Positions 9,440 through 20,035 of a stretch of 64,000 bases of DNA are shown in pieces (the first letter of the stretch is position 1; every line of letters starts with the position of its first letter). Where the stretch lies: NCBI GenBank assembly GCA_002104905.1, contig MCFE01000111.1, positions 104,004-168,003 of the forward strand. The letters are read 5' to 3'. This DNA comes from Basidiobolus meristosporus CBS 931.73. Its lineage: Eukaryota > Fungi > Basidiobolomycota. The notes under the pieces were generated by a model. It did not search any database. It was not told the origin of the DNA and saw only the letters and a program-made list of their open reading frames with translations. Made by a program: the position numbers and the translations under genes.

Positions 9440-10957
9440 ATGGGAGGAGATATAGAGCTACAAACTAATACCTATTTCACAGAACAGAAGAAGACCCTCG
9501 ATGTTGAAAGCAACTATCCTGAATCGACAGAGGGTGGGGGAGGGCTCAGAAGAACACTAAAGGCGCGTCACCTGTCCATGATTTCCATCGGCGGAACCAT
9601 CGGAACCGGGCTTTTCCTGGCCAGTGGTCTTTCCATCAGCAATGGTGGACCTGGTGGTGCTCTGCTCGCCTATTCTCTAATTGGTATGATGGTGTTCTTT
9701 ATGATGACCAGTCTGGGCGAGATGGCCACGTACATCCCCGTTTCTGGTTCATTCAACACATATGGTGCCCGCTTCGTCGACCCGGCCTTTGGATTCGCCC
9801 TCAGTTGGAACTACTGGTACTCATGGGCACTCACGGTGGCGGTGGAGCTTTCGGCGTCGGGCCTGATCATGAAATACTGGTTTCGGGATGTCCCCAGCTG
9901 GGTGTGGAGTGCCAGCGTTTTGGTGATCATCATAGCAATCAACTCATTCTCCGCGAGAGGATACGGCGAGGCGGAGTACTGGTTCGCCTTGATCAAAGTC
10001 ATCACCGTGGTCGTGTTTATCATAGTAGGCATATTTGTTGCTGCCGGTGTTCTCGGAGGCGTCAAGTACGGGTTCCAAAACTTCACCAAGGGAGAAGCCC
10101 CATTTGTGAACGGTGGGCTTGGTGTCCTCAGTGTCTTTCTGCTGGCCGGGTTCTCTTTCATGGGAACAGAGCTGGTAGGCGTGGCTGCCGGTGAAAGTGA
10201 AAACCCGGAGAAGAACATCCCCAAGGCTATCAAGCAAGTTTTCTGGCGTATTTTACTCTTCTACATTGGCGCAATCTTCATCATCGGCCTATTGATTCCA
10301 TATGACGATCCTTTGTTAACCAGCGAGGATGTCCAGACCTCTCCCTTCACCCTTGGCTTTAAGCTTGCTGGCCTTGGATTCGCCCCCGATGTCATGAATG
10401 CCATTATACTGATTACAGTTCTCTCGGCCGGAAATTCTGCCCTCTATGCATGCACTCGAACTCTATGGACCATGTCCCATTCAAACATGGCCCCCAAGAT
10501 CTTTGGCCGCATCAATTCTCGAGGTGTGCCCATGTACGCAATGCTACTTACTGCTGCGTTCGGGTGCCTTGCTTTCCTAACATCGTTATTCGGAGATGAA
10601 GTTGTATACGAATGGCTACTCAAGGCTTCCGGCACCTCCGGGTTTCTCGCCTGGGTTGGAATTGCTGTCAGCCACCTCCGATTCCGTAGAGCATTCATCG
10701 CACAAGGTCACACACTTGATGAGCTTCCTTACCGCGCCAAATTGTATCCGTTTGGCCCTATAGTCGCTCTGTTACTTTGCATAGTGGTGATAGCCGGACA
10801 GGGCATCAATGCCTACTCTAACGGCAAGTTCGATTTCCTTCAGGCTTTCGGAGAATACCTAGCCGTCATCTTGTTCGCGATCCTGTATCTTGGATTCAAG
10901 ATCATCAAGAAAACCAAAGTCGTTCCACTAACCCAGTGCGATTTTAGCCGAACCTAG
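9440..10957 (+). CDS. APC-family amino acid permease, LysP-like, copy B (505 aa, intronless)
   Basis: Close paralog of 6887-8410 with the same motifs, transcribed divergently. TATAAAA near 9373. Confidence 0.92.
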   Translation: MGGDIELQTNTYFTEQKKTLDVESNYPESTEGGGGLRRTLKARHLSMISIGGTIGTGLFLASGLSISNGGPGGALLAYSLIGMMVFFMMTSLGEMATYIPVSGSFNTYGARFVDPAFGFALSWNYWYSWALTVAVELSASGLIMKYWFRDVPSWVWSASVLVIIIAINSFSARGYGEAEYWFALIKVITVVVFIIVGIFVAAGVLGGVKYGFQNFTKGEAPFVNGGLGVLSVFLLAGFSFMGTELVGVAAGESENPEKNIPKAIKQVFWRILLFYIGAIFIIGLLIPYDDPLLTSEDVQTSPFTLGFKLAGLGFAPDVMNAIILITVLSAGNSALYACTRTLWTMSHSNMAPKIFGRINSRGVPMYAMLLTAAFGCLAFLTSLFGDEVVYEWLLKASGTSGFLAWVGIAVSHLRFRRAFIAQGHTLDELPYRAKLYPFGPIVALLLCIVVIAGQGINAYSNGKFDFLQAFGEYLAVILFAILYLGFKIIKKTKVVPLTQCDFSRT

Positions 10958-11138
10958 CTTCTGCAACCTGCATGCAACATTATATATTTAGTCAATTCTC
11001 ATCATGTAGATACACAATCTTTCACATACCTGAATAAATCTAAACTAGATACTACTTTCGATCAATCGATCAAATCTGCTTGAAAAGCCAAAGGAAAGTG
11101 GGTTCGATAGTGGGTTTCCTTTTTTCAAAGGAAGCAAC

Positions 11139-12952
11139 ATGTACACTCCCATCAATATCGATCCGAACACGTCTCTTCGGCGAATTTACGAAGATCGGTT
11201 ATCTTATCATTTGAGTCTATGTCTCGGCAGAAGAGATATTGTTCGGGCATGGAAAATCCTTCAAGTTCTGTTTCCTTTTCAGCGAGCACGTTTTGAAGTA
11301 TTGTGGAAGGTAAGGAAGCGTCCGTGGCGAATTCTCTAGAGTCACCAACCACTCAACCCGAATTTTCTTTCTTCCCCCAAACGTGCAGGGAGGAGTTACC
11401 GTAATGCAGACTCTGCCAAGTTGCCAAGTTGAATTAACCCGGTTTTTCCAGCTTCTCCTTACCAGACACAGCGAATATGTAAATCTCTGGCATATCTTGG
11501 CCTCTCGAATCTTCCAGTAATTTATTGTTTTGCATATAGCGCGAGGAATTGCTCTTGGAAATGACCTACCACCAGATTCAACAAGGAAGCGTTCAAGAGG
11601 CTTACGGAACAATCATGGGGTAAGCAAGCTCCTTACGATCCTCATACCTCTCAGTAGATAGAATTCTCTCAATGCTCTCCCAGTAGTGTACCAGACAGCC
11701 AATTTAACCCGTCTCAATGCTTAGTTATATATATCACTCCCCTTTCAGCGAGAATCCCCTTATACATGGGTATGCTGGAATGCTCTCCGCCTATCTAGCG
11801 GAAAAAGATAACACGAGACGGAGCCAAAGCTTTGTTCGAAGTAGTCAGAGCATGGACCCCTACGGAAATGCGGATGATGAGCCGAGTGATAGCCAAGGTA
11901 AATACGGGAGAATTTCATGTTGAAGACGGCTTGACTAACAAGACTAAAGCACCAATCCAAAGGAACGTATCGGAGGCAATCAAACATTTCGAGAAAGCCT
12001 GTGCGCTAGACAATTCCAATGACATGTTTACCAGGTGCATGGTGGAGGTAAATCCAATTTTTTATCGAGTGGAATGGACTAGCTCTTACACTAATGGCTT
12101 ACCACCAGCTGCTATTCAAAAGCGGGCAACGTGACGAGGCAATCACATTAATGGAGGAGTTTTGCAAGAAGAATCCAACCAACCCTACTATTCAACAGTA
12201 AGCATTGATTGGAAACATTCATGATGTTGAGGGATTTACCATCATTTAATCGTAGCATGCTTTTCTCAACCCTTTACGCCGAGTTCCCCAATGACCATAG
12301 CAAATGGATAGATCATGCTAAACAATGCGCACGACTGGACCCTGCTTGTGATTTAGAAAGCATCATTCAGCCAATTGTTCAGCACTACGAGATGGTCATC
12401 AGCAAGCAGGTGGCATCCGAAAGCGTGCCTACACGGCTCGAGATTCTACGGCTCTTGGCTACTCGGATCGACTATGGGGCCAGCGAGATGTGGGTTTGGG
12501 AGAAAACCGTCGAAACCCTTATGCATATCAAGTAATTCGCCATTTGTACACCTCAGATCACCGGACATGTATGCTGATCCAACTATTAGGAAGAAGCCAT
12601 CTGTATCAGACGCTGACGCCGAAATCTGGAAAGATCGGTTGAGCTGGTGGTCATCGTTTCTTTTCCTGCGCCTGCCGACTCCGTCAACACTGAACCTAAG
12701 CAACGAGGAGGACAAACTTTTGGGTGGGTGAACCATGTAGCAAGGCCGAGTTTCGAATCTTACTAACCATACGACCCAGTACTGAAGTTGATTTGCGCAC
12801 GCTACATCTACCCAGTCGACTATGTGAAGTTTCCCGCAAGCCAGATATTGTTCCGAAGCTCGAGCAAGAAGGAGCTGAAGGGCCTGCTAAAGCCACATGA
12901 ATTTTGGCTCAAGCGAATCGAGGAGGAAGCACTCAACTCGGATGACGCATAG
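11139..12952 (+). CDS. Multi-exon gene, probable RNA polymerase I initiation factor Rrn11/TAF1A-like
   Basis: Exonic fragments LSLCLGRRDIVRAWKIL, LLLEMTYHQIQQGSVQEAY, PFSENPLIHGYAGML and EIWKDRLSWW are separated by GT-AG introns. Family call from motif memory; exact exon structure not fully resolved. Confidence 0.5.
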
Positions 12953-13114
12953 AGGGTTTTTTTGTATTATTGTACAGTTGTTCACGAATAAAGTGATTCC
13001 ATAGAACGTTTATTTCGTGAGTATTAGGGATAAATTCCGAGGGTGGACAAAATTATACATGACTCGGGTAGGAAGTGATTACTATACTATGCTTCAAGGT
13101 ATGTAGAGCTGCGC

Positions 13115-16100
13115 TTATTTGCCAGCACCGGTGGACTTGACAGTTCTGACGGTGGGGTACATTTGTAGTCCGGCGATTTCTGGGTTCCAGTTGATTGGCT
13201 TCCTCTTTCGGATGATGATCCGGCGTACGGTAGAATAGAGTATGAGGAACGCACCAAACGCTAAGGGGATCAGCCAGTAGAGTGGGCTGAGACGGTGTGA
13301 AGTACCGAATGCAATATTGAATGGTGGGATATAGACGATCATCATAGCCAAGGCAGCGCCGCAAAACATTCCATAGAATGTCTTCTTGTTGCGGAACATG
13401 TACTTGCCGAATGGAAGACGGATAAGACATTTGCAGGCAAACAAGTTGAAGCACTGACAGATCATGATTGAGAGATAGAAGATGCTCTGGGCTTGTGCAA
13501 GTGCTTCCTTTTGATCTTCATTGGTCAGGACTCGGCCGCTTGGGAGGGTATATGATGGTGAATCATTCAGGAAATATTGGTTGCCTTCCTGCATGTGACG
13601 AGCCTGGGAGGGAGTGATACCGAATTCCCGATACAGAACCACAAAGTAGGCGGTCATGGCAGCAGCAAATTCGATGAGTCCTGCCTCGACATAAGCCCAA
13701 GATAATACACCAGCATCCACCAGAACCTCGTCGTCGGTCTCTTCAAAGAGCTCCCTCCAGTAGTAAGAGGTGAATTTTTCTGAAACACTGTGTTTGAAGA
13801 GAGTCATTTTAGATGGCCGGCTCTCCTCCCCAGACTCAACATCGACTGAAGCTACAGGGCGTCTGGCCATTTGGTTTCTGAGCCGAGTTACTGAACGAGC
13901 AGTTACAGGCTTACGAGGTGGAAGCTTCATCAATCCACCCTTGGTTTCAGGAAGTTCCCAGGCGTACGAGAGAGCGGCAAATATCTCGAAACCCAAGTCA
14001 ATGACCAGAATCAAGATGGCAGATAGGGGGAGTGGAAGAGGCACAATGATGTACAACAAGTTCGGCAGGATTTCAGGCGTGCTGTGGGTCACTGTGTACT
14101 GGATGGACTTCTTCAAATTGGCAAAGATAAGACGTCCTTCTTCAACTCCCTTGACGGTGGAGGCAAAGTTATCGTCCAGTAAGATCATGGCCGCTGCTTC
14201 CTTGGACACATCCGAGCCGGACTCGTTCATAGCTATACCCAGATCGGCTTTCTTCAGGGCGGGGGAGTCGTTCACACCATCCCCGGTAACACCCACAATG
14301 TGGCCCATGGCCTGCGCACGCTTCACAATCTCCAACTTATGCCGGGGGGAGGTACGGGCAAAGATTATCTCATTCTTGGAGAAAATGATGTCCCAATCGT
14401 CGTCAGACAGGGAGTCGATTTGCTCCCCGTGAATCACAATGGCCGAATATTCATGCTCTTGAACGCTCTCAACCGGGCGTCCAGTGCGCTTGGCTACTTG
14501 GATCTTGGTTTCCGAGAGCACAAGATTGATTTTCCGTCCGACCGCTTCGGCAGTTAATGGATGATCACCGGTAACCATCATGACTTGAATTCCAGCAGAA
14601 CGACAGCGACCAATGGCCTCACGGACTCCGTGTTTGGGAGGATCTTCAAGAGAAGCTAGACCAACGAAGCATAGATTGCTGGTGGGGTAGTTTTGGGCTT
14701 CCTTGGTAAACTGGAAATCTTCTGGGTACTGATCGCCGGGTAGCAACAGCTGAGCAAAGGCAAGCACGCGATGGCCCTTACTGGCCATGTACTCGTAGGT
14801 CTGATCATAGAGGGCCTGATGCTCCCCAGACAACGGAACGGCCTCGTTGTTGATCAGGATGGAACTGCATAGTCTCAACACGCGCTCAGGGGCTCCTTTA
14901 ATGTACAGAGTCAGGGGCCCGTTGGCGTGACGTTTCTGGTGGATGGTCAATGCCCATTTGTTATCGGAGTTGAAGGGGATTTCAAAGACCTTGGGGAAAT
15001 TGTTGGCCGCATTGTCGAAGTTGGGGAGGTTTTTGGCAGCAAATCGAACCAAACCCGATTCGGTAGCGTCTCCCAGGATTTGGCGCTCCTCCACAGGAAT
15101 ATCAACCCGATCGAATTTGGCCTTGGAGTTGAGGGTCGAAATATACATGATCTCATTGACGCCGGGTGCATCGGCAGTAAGTGGGACCTCTGGATTACCA
15201 GCGGATGGGAACGCGGTATACATTACAAGCCCGCTCCAAACGTTGGTCACTGTCATCTGGTTTCTGGTCAACGTACCAGTCTTGTCGGTAGCCAGAAGTG
15301 TGATGGCACCAAGAGTCTCCACACCCTTAAGATCCTTGACTAGCACTTTGGCATCAGCCATTCTCTTGGCGGCGATGGTTAGAAGCATGGTCACTGTGGC
15401 GGGAAGACCCTCTGGGACCCAAGCGACGAAGACGCCAATGGCAAAATTGAGAGTGAACTGGATTTTCCCGTAGATGACTTGTCCAACAATGAAGAAGATG
15501 ACGGCGGTCAAGAATGCAACCGAGGCGATGATTTTAACAAAATTATCGATTTCAGTGGTTAGAGGGCTCTTCCTCTTCTTTTCTCCTTGAGTGAGGCCAG
15601 CGATTTGGCCCAACACAGTATTGTCACCCGTTCGGATGACTATGCCATACCCCTCACCAGAAACAACCAGAGTACCATTGAATGCAATGTTACTGGCCTC
15701 CAGAGGGTTCTTATGGGTGTTGGCTTTGGTTCGCTCTTGTGGCTCCGATTCACCAGTAAGAGAAGAGTTGTCAACCTTCATGTCAGATGAGGCAAATATC
15801 AGCAGATCAGCAGGAATCTTGTCCCCCATTCTGGCCAAAACAATGTCTCCTGGAACAAGATCTGCAGCAGCCATCTGATTCAATCGTCCATCGCGGATAG
15901 CGAAGCACTTGGCGGGTATCATGTTAAGGAAAGAAGCAAGGATAGAGGCACTTTTCTGCAGCTGATAGAACTCGATGAATGCGTTCACCAAGGCAACTCC
16001 GATCAGGATGGCTCCAAGATAAATGTTGGCCTGGTTGTTCACCGGATCGATAGCTAAAAGCACGTATTGAAGAATACCCGCCACAACCAGCAGAACATTA

Positions 16101-16528
16101 AAAAGCCCCGCCAGACATTCAAGGTACAAGAAGAGAGGGGATTTCTTTTTCGGTGGAGTCAATATGTTGGGTCCATGCTCCTGGAGCCCTCTTGTGGCCT
16201 GGTCAGTGGTCAGTCCTTGGCTGTTTCCAGGTTTGGCAATATCGGCAGAGGTGTTGTACTTGTGGCAAACCTCCTCAAAGCCCATCAGATGCTCAATAAT
16301 ATCGACATTCTTCTTTTGTTTAGAGTGCGGGGTTTTCTCGTCAAATGCTTCGGCAGCGGGTTCGTTGGAGGAGGGGGGGACGTAGGATACGGGAGTGATA
16401 TCAGAAGGGCGGAGAGGTTTCTCAGAATCCTGAAACACGACTTTGCTATGATGGGTGGCGGTAGAGATCAGGTCGTCATCATTGGGGTTGCTACTCAAAT
16501 TATTGTTGTTACTATTATTGGCTGACAT
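13115..16528 (-). CDS. P-type ATPase, type IIC (Na,K/H,K-ATPase alpha-like), 1137 aa, intronless
   Basis: DNSSLTGESEP, VPEGLPATVT, DKTGTLTRNQMTV, KGAPERVL, MVTGDHPLTA, FARTSP, TGDGVNDSPALKKADLGIAM and a P2C-like TM5/TM6 (YTVTHSTPEILP, ILVIDLG). Confidence 0.9.
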   Translation of the reverse strand: MSANNSNNNNLSSNPNDDDLISTATHHSKVVFQDSEKPLRPSDITPVSYVPPSSNEPAAEAFDEKTPHSKQKKNVDIIEHLMGFEEVCHKYNTSADIAKPGNSQGLTTDQATRGLQEHGPNILTPPKKKSPLFLYLECLAGLFNVLLVVAGILQYVLLAIDPVNNQANIYLGAILIGVALVNAFIEFYQLQKSASILASFLNMIPAKCFAIRDGRLNQMAAADLVPGDIVLARMGDKIPADLLIFASSDMKVDNSSLTGESEPQERTKANTHKNPLEASNIAFNGTLVVSGEGYGIVIRTGDNTVLGQIAGLTQGEKKRKSPLTTEIDNFVKIIASVAFLTAVIFFIVGQVIYGKIQFTLNFAIGVFVAWVPEGLPATVTMLLTIAAKRMADAKVLVKDLKGVETLGAITLLATDKTGTLTRNQMTVTNVWSGLVMYTAFPSAGNPEVPLTADAPGVNEIMYISTLNSKAKFDRVDIPVEERQILGDATESGLVRFAAKNLPNFDNAANNFPKVFEIPFNSDNKWALTIHQKRHANGPLTLYIKGAPERVLRLCSSILINNEAVPLSGEHQALYDQTYEYMASKGHRVLAFAQLLLPGDQYPEDFQFTKEAQNYPTSNLCFVGLASLEDPPKHGVREAIGRCRSAGIQVMMVTGDHPLTAEAVGRKINLVLSETKIQVAKRTGRPVESVQEHEYSAIVIHGEQIDSLSDDDWDIIFSKNEIIFARTSPRHKLEIVKRAQAMGHIVGVTGDGVNDSPALKKADLGIAMNESGSDVSKEAAAMILLDDNFASTVKGVEEGRLIFANLKKSIQYTVTHSTPEILPNLLYIIVPLPLPLSAILILVIDLGFEIFAALSYAWELPETKGGLMKLPPRKPVTARSVTRLRNQMARRPVASVDVESGEESRPSKMTLFKHSVSEKFTSYYWRELFEETDDEVLVDAGVLSWAYVEAGLIEFAAAMTAYFVVLYREFGITPSQARHMQEGNQYFLNDSPSYTLPSGRVLTNEDQKEALAQAQSIFYLSIMICQCFNLFACKCLIRLPFGKYMFRNKKTFYGMFCGAALAMMIVYIPPFNIAFGTSHRLSPLYWLIPLAFGAFLILYSTVRRIIIRKRKPINWNPEIAGLQMYPTVRTVKSTGAGK

Positions 16529-18307
16529 TATTGGCTTTCTCTAAAAGAGAAATACGAAGACGACGTAGGTATTAGGCGGAAAAACGAAACGAACGGCTAT
16601 CAACGTCAACCAATTGTAAATGAGAGTAGAGGACAACTGTTCGCGGTAATGCTGAGTACGAGATGTTGAAGGGTGGAGGACATCCCTTATATATGGGTTG
16701 GAAAAGTATCCGATTATGACAATTCGCTTCTGACCCGTGACTCCACAGATAACTATACTACCCCATGTATCAGAACGCAAATAGGCTCTGTTGATTACCA
16801 AACAGAAACATCTAATCATTGATCATTTGCTTTCCAGCACAGTCATTGTTTTGCCAAGCTATTGAATGCTATTCAATCAACGACGCATTTATTACCGCAG
16901 AATATGATTTGAAGCGGCGCTGTTTTTGGTTAGCGACCTGTAGGTAGCACTGCAGGTGGACAATCGATTACCACTAAAAATACCAGGATTCGTGAAACTG
17001 CCATACAACAAACCAATGGTTCACCCCCCATCACATTTATTTTAATCCCCGAATCACTGAATGAGATCCTGCCCATCTAAGCTCTATTCACCTGCTTTAC
17101 ATTGAAATTGTTTCTGCCCACTTCACCACTATATTATACATACTGTACAGCAGCCTTGGATTGTGTGTGTAACATTGAACTCAGATAAGGAGTGATAAGA
17201 GTCGGTAGCCTAAAGTAAATGTTTCTAGAGGTCTGACTTACCAATGCCTGATGCAAATATGCAAACTTGGTGTCACCGAGGGAGACATAAATTTATGAAT
17301 TTCAAACAATACCGTTTTTTAACAAATCGCAAAGGATTCTTTATTTTCTGGATTCAGTTTTCTTCCACGACTTTATCCTCTCTGTCATGACGTCTTGCAC
17401 TCTGGTCTGACCCCTAACTCTGACCGACTGAGTCTTCGTAGGGAGAACGTTGGGTCAATTTCCAGATTAGTGCACCGATAACCACTGTACTGTATCGTCC
17501 GTAGGCTCGAAATTAAGAATGAGGGGTAGAACATGTTTTCCGATATCAACGGTTGTTTGTCAAGACTCCATTCTTTATCGCTGCCAATGAAACCCCGTCA
17601 CTTCGTGATACGTAACTCAAGCGGCTCTACTGGCCCTGGATCAGAAGACCGATATCTGAAGTAGCCGTGATTTTTTTTCCTGTTAAGGAACGTCCGTCAT
17701 TTTCCATTGGTTTCACAGCAGAATGAAAAGGTTGGACTCTGCGCTAAAGAGTTGCTCGGGAAGACCTATTGATAGAACCCGTAAAATATAAAACTCTTGT
17801 GGATACTCTATCTACTCTAACAATATTGACCATTTTATATATTTACTATACTATTTCTACGCTCTTGTACCAACCGACTGTAGTTTTAGGGTCTGCATAA
17901 AAAACCCGGGGTCACTTCGGTCACTTTGAATCAGTGGATGTGAACTCTAACCTAGGGGGGTTGAGGTTAATCCGGGGAAAGGGATGAACAAGTCATAGCC
18001 ATAGGCACCCAATCAATCGTGATTAATGACTAATCGGTTCTTTGCGATCATCTATTGATTCTCTGTGGTAGTTCGTGTTGCGTATTGCATGTTGCATGGT
18101 TTTTGTTGCACCCCACATCAGAGGTCTGGACCGGTCTTCAGAACAACAAGGTACTGCCCCAAAAGTCCATCAAATCACGTGATGGAGAACCAAGAGTTGA
18201 GGCCTCTTGAATACCCCATAATTTTTCAGTAGTTAATTCAAAATCATTTCTGCTCGATCGCGACCTCCTCGATACTCTCTCTTTCGCTACCTAAAGACAC
18301 GCTCAAT

Positions 18308-18554
18308 ATGGATTTTGTCAACCGCCCCAACCACATGTTGAACAAGCAGAAGTTGTTCCAAGTAAGCCAGCCATTCACAAAAAGGATAGAATTTTTGCTA
18401 ACTCTTTGTTTTTCAGTCCCAGGCCGCAAAGCCTGTGTGGCTCAAGGGTCCTAGAGACAAGGTCTTGGTTACCTCCTTCTTTGTCTTCCTTGGCGCTGGA
18501 CTTGTTGGCTCCTTGTACGGCACTGTTCAATTGATCCGCGGCAAGAAGGACTAA
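18308..18554 (+). CDS. COX7: Cytochrome c oxidase subunit VII-like (63 aa), absent from the ORF track; intron 18362-18416
   Basis: Spliced sequence MDFVNRPNHMLNKQKLFQ|SQAAKPVWLKGPRDKVLVTSFFVFLGAGLVGSLYGTVQLIRGKKD*. The intron has a GTAAGC donor, GCTAAC branch point and TTTCAG acceptor. The QKxFQ...PVWLKG motif plus one TM helix is typical of COX7/COX7A. Confidence 0.8.
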
Positions 18555-20035
18555 ACAGTTCTAACATTCCAACACGTTATGCATCTTAATCATCCCAACT
18601 TTACATCTCAAGAGTTCTAACGAAATAAAGTCCCTACCGATCATATCAGTCGAGCTATTTTGAACTGTCAAAAAATAGTTTCATATTAACATGAAACCTA
18701 GGGTTGGATTTTCGTTTGATTCCTTGGGATTCTAGAGATTACCTGCATATTGTATGCCATGCCCTACGATTACAACTAGTTTATCCTGGTGTGTTATGAC
18801 AGAGATCACGATATTATTCTGGCATGTACATTCTTCTACCGAGGAGGTAGAGTTTTAAGTGGCCATACTCCATAACAATGCTAAGTATCTCACTAAATTC
18901 TTACATAATTTAACCAAGAAGTCACGTGACCAGGGTTGATAATTCACTAACCCACAAATCCAACGAATCGATGTTGAATATGACGGAGGTTGATTAAAAC
19001 TTACGTTGGACCCCCTATTAATTTCAGCACCCCGAAGCACAAGTTTATCAAATCGTTCTATGTATAGAATATTCTTCCACTCTGGCAAAACACACTTGCT
19101 TGCACGCGCGTTTTGATCTCCCTAAACGAACACTCTTGGTGTTATTTATACCTAGACAAGACATATTGCATTGGAATAATATCCCAAACGAATCGCTTGA
19201 TTAGGTAAATATCATCTGCGTCGGATTCATACAGTACGTGTGAGTTGACCAATATGGCAGGTAGTGAAGCTTGATTTCTCACTTTGACACTTGTAAGCGT
19301 TACTCTCAGGGTTAGGACTAGGATCAAGTGACCGGTGCATGGTGACTCTCCACTATCTGGATCCATTATCAGGGAATCAGATGGATGAATAGGCAACGTT
19401 TGGTTCATAGATAGATTGTAAAGCGAGCAAATTCCTGTATTCAAGTGGAATTGGATTCAATTATTACTACCCGCTTGGTCCTAAGCATAGCCCTCGGTCA
19501 AGGGGTGGCCTTCCTTTATGCAATCAATCAAGCCTTGAAAGAGGATCTCTTTAGCCAAATAGTCGACTTGGCGTGCCATAGCAATGTTACCTGGATAAAT
19601 GATACTCTCTCCAAGCTATGATGTGTCCTATGGTACAGGCGAATGCAAATGCTCCATTTGTTTCTCTTGCAAGTCATGGGACAAGTTGAGGGTTGTGGAG
19701 GCCCGATGGTTGAAAATGGAGGGTATGCGGGAATTAATTCATCTATCTTAACAAATAAATTGGTACTTAAATTAGTCCTGGATCACATACCGAGTGAATC
19801 CCTAAAATATTCTTGTGTCTCCTTGCTTGTGCCTCCCCCCTTTTGACTATAGGTTCCCTGAAGCCGTGTGGCATTGATTGAGATAATTCGAGGGAGTGAT
19901 ATAAATAATCCAAGAACGTTTCATCTCCGTTCAGACCAGACGTGTGATTGTGAAGTCATTTTAACTATCCCCCGCTCTCCTATCCTTTGCCCATCTTTGT
20001 AACCGAATCCATCTAATCACCTCACTATTCCCGCC

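Noticed and set aside
5409-16525. Antisense ORFs over CAT, the permeases and the ATPase (e.g. 5409-6209, 7623-7970, 13770-14432)
   Set aside because: They are codon-bias shadows of well-supported genes on the opposite strand.
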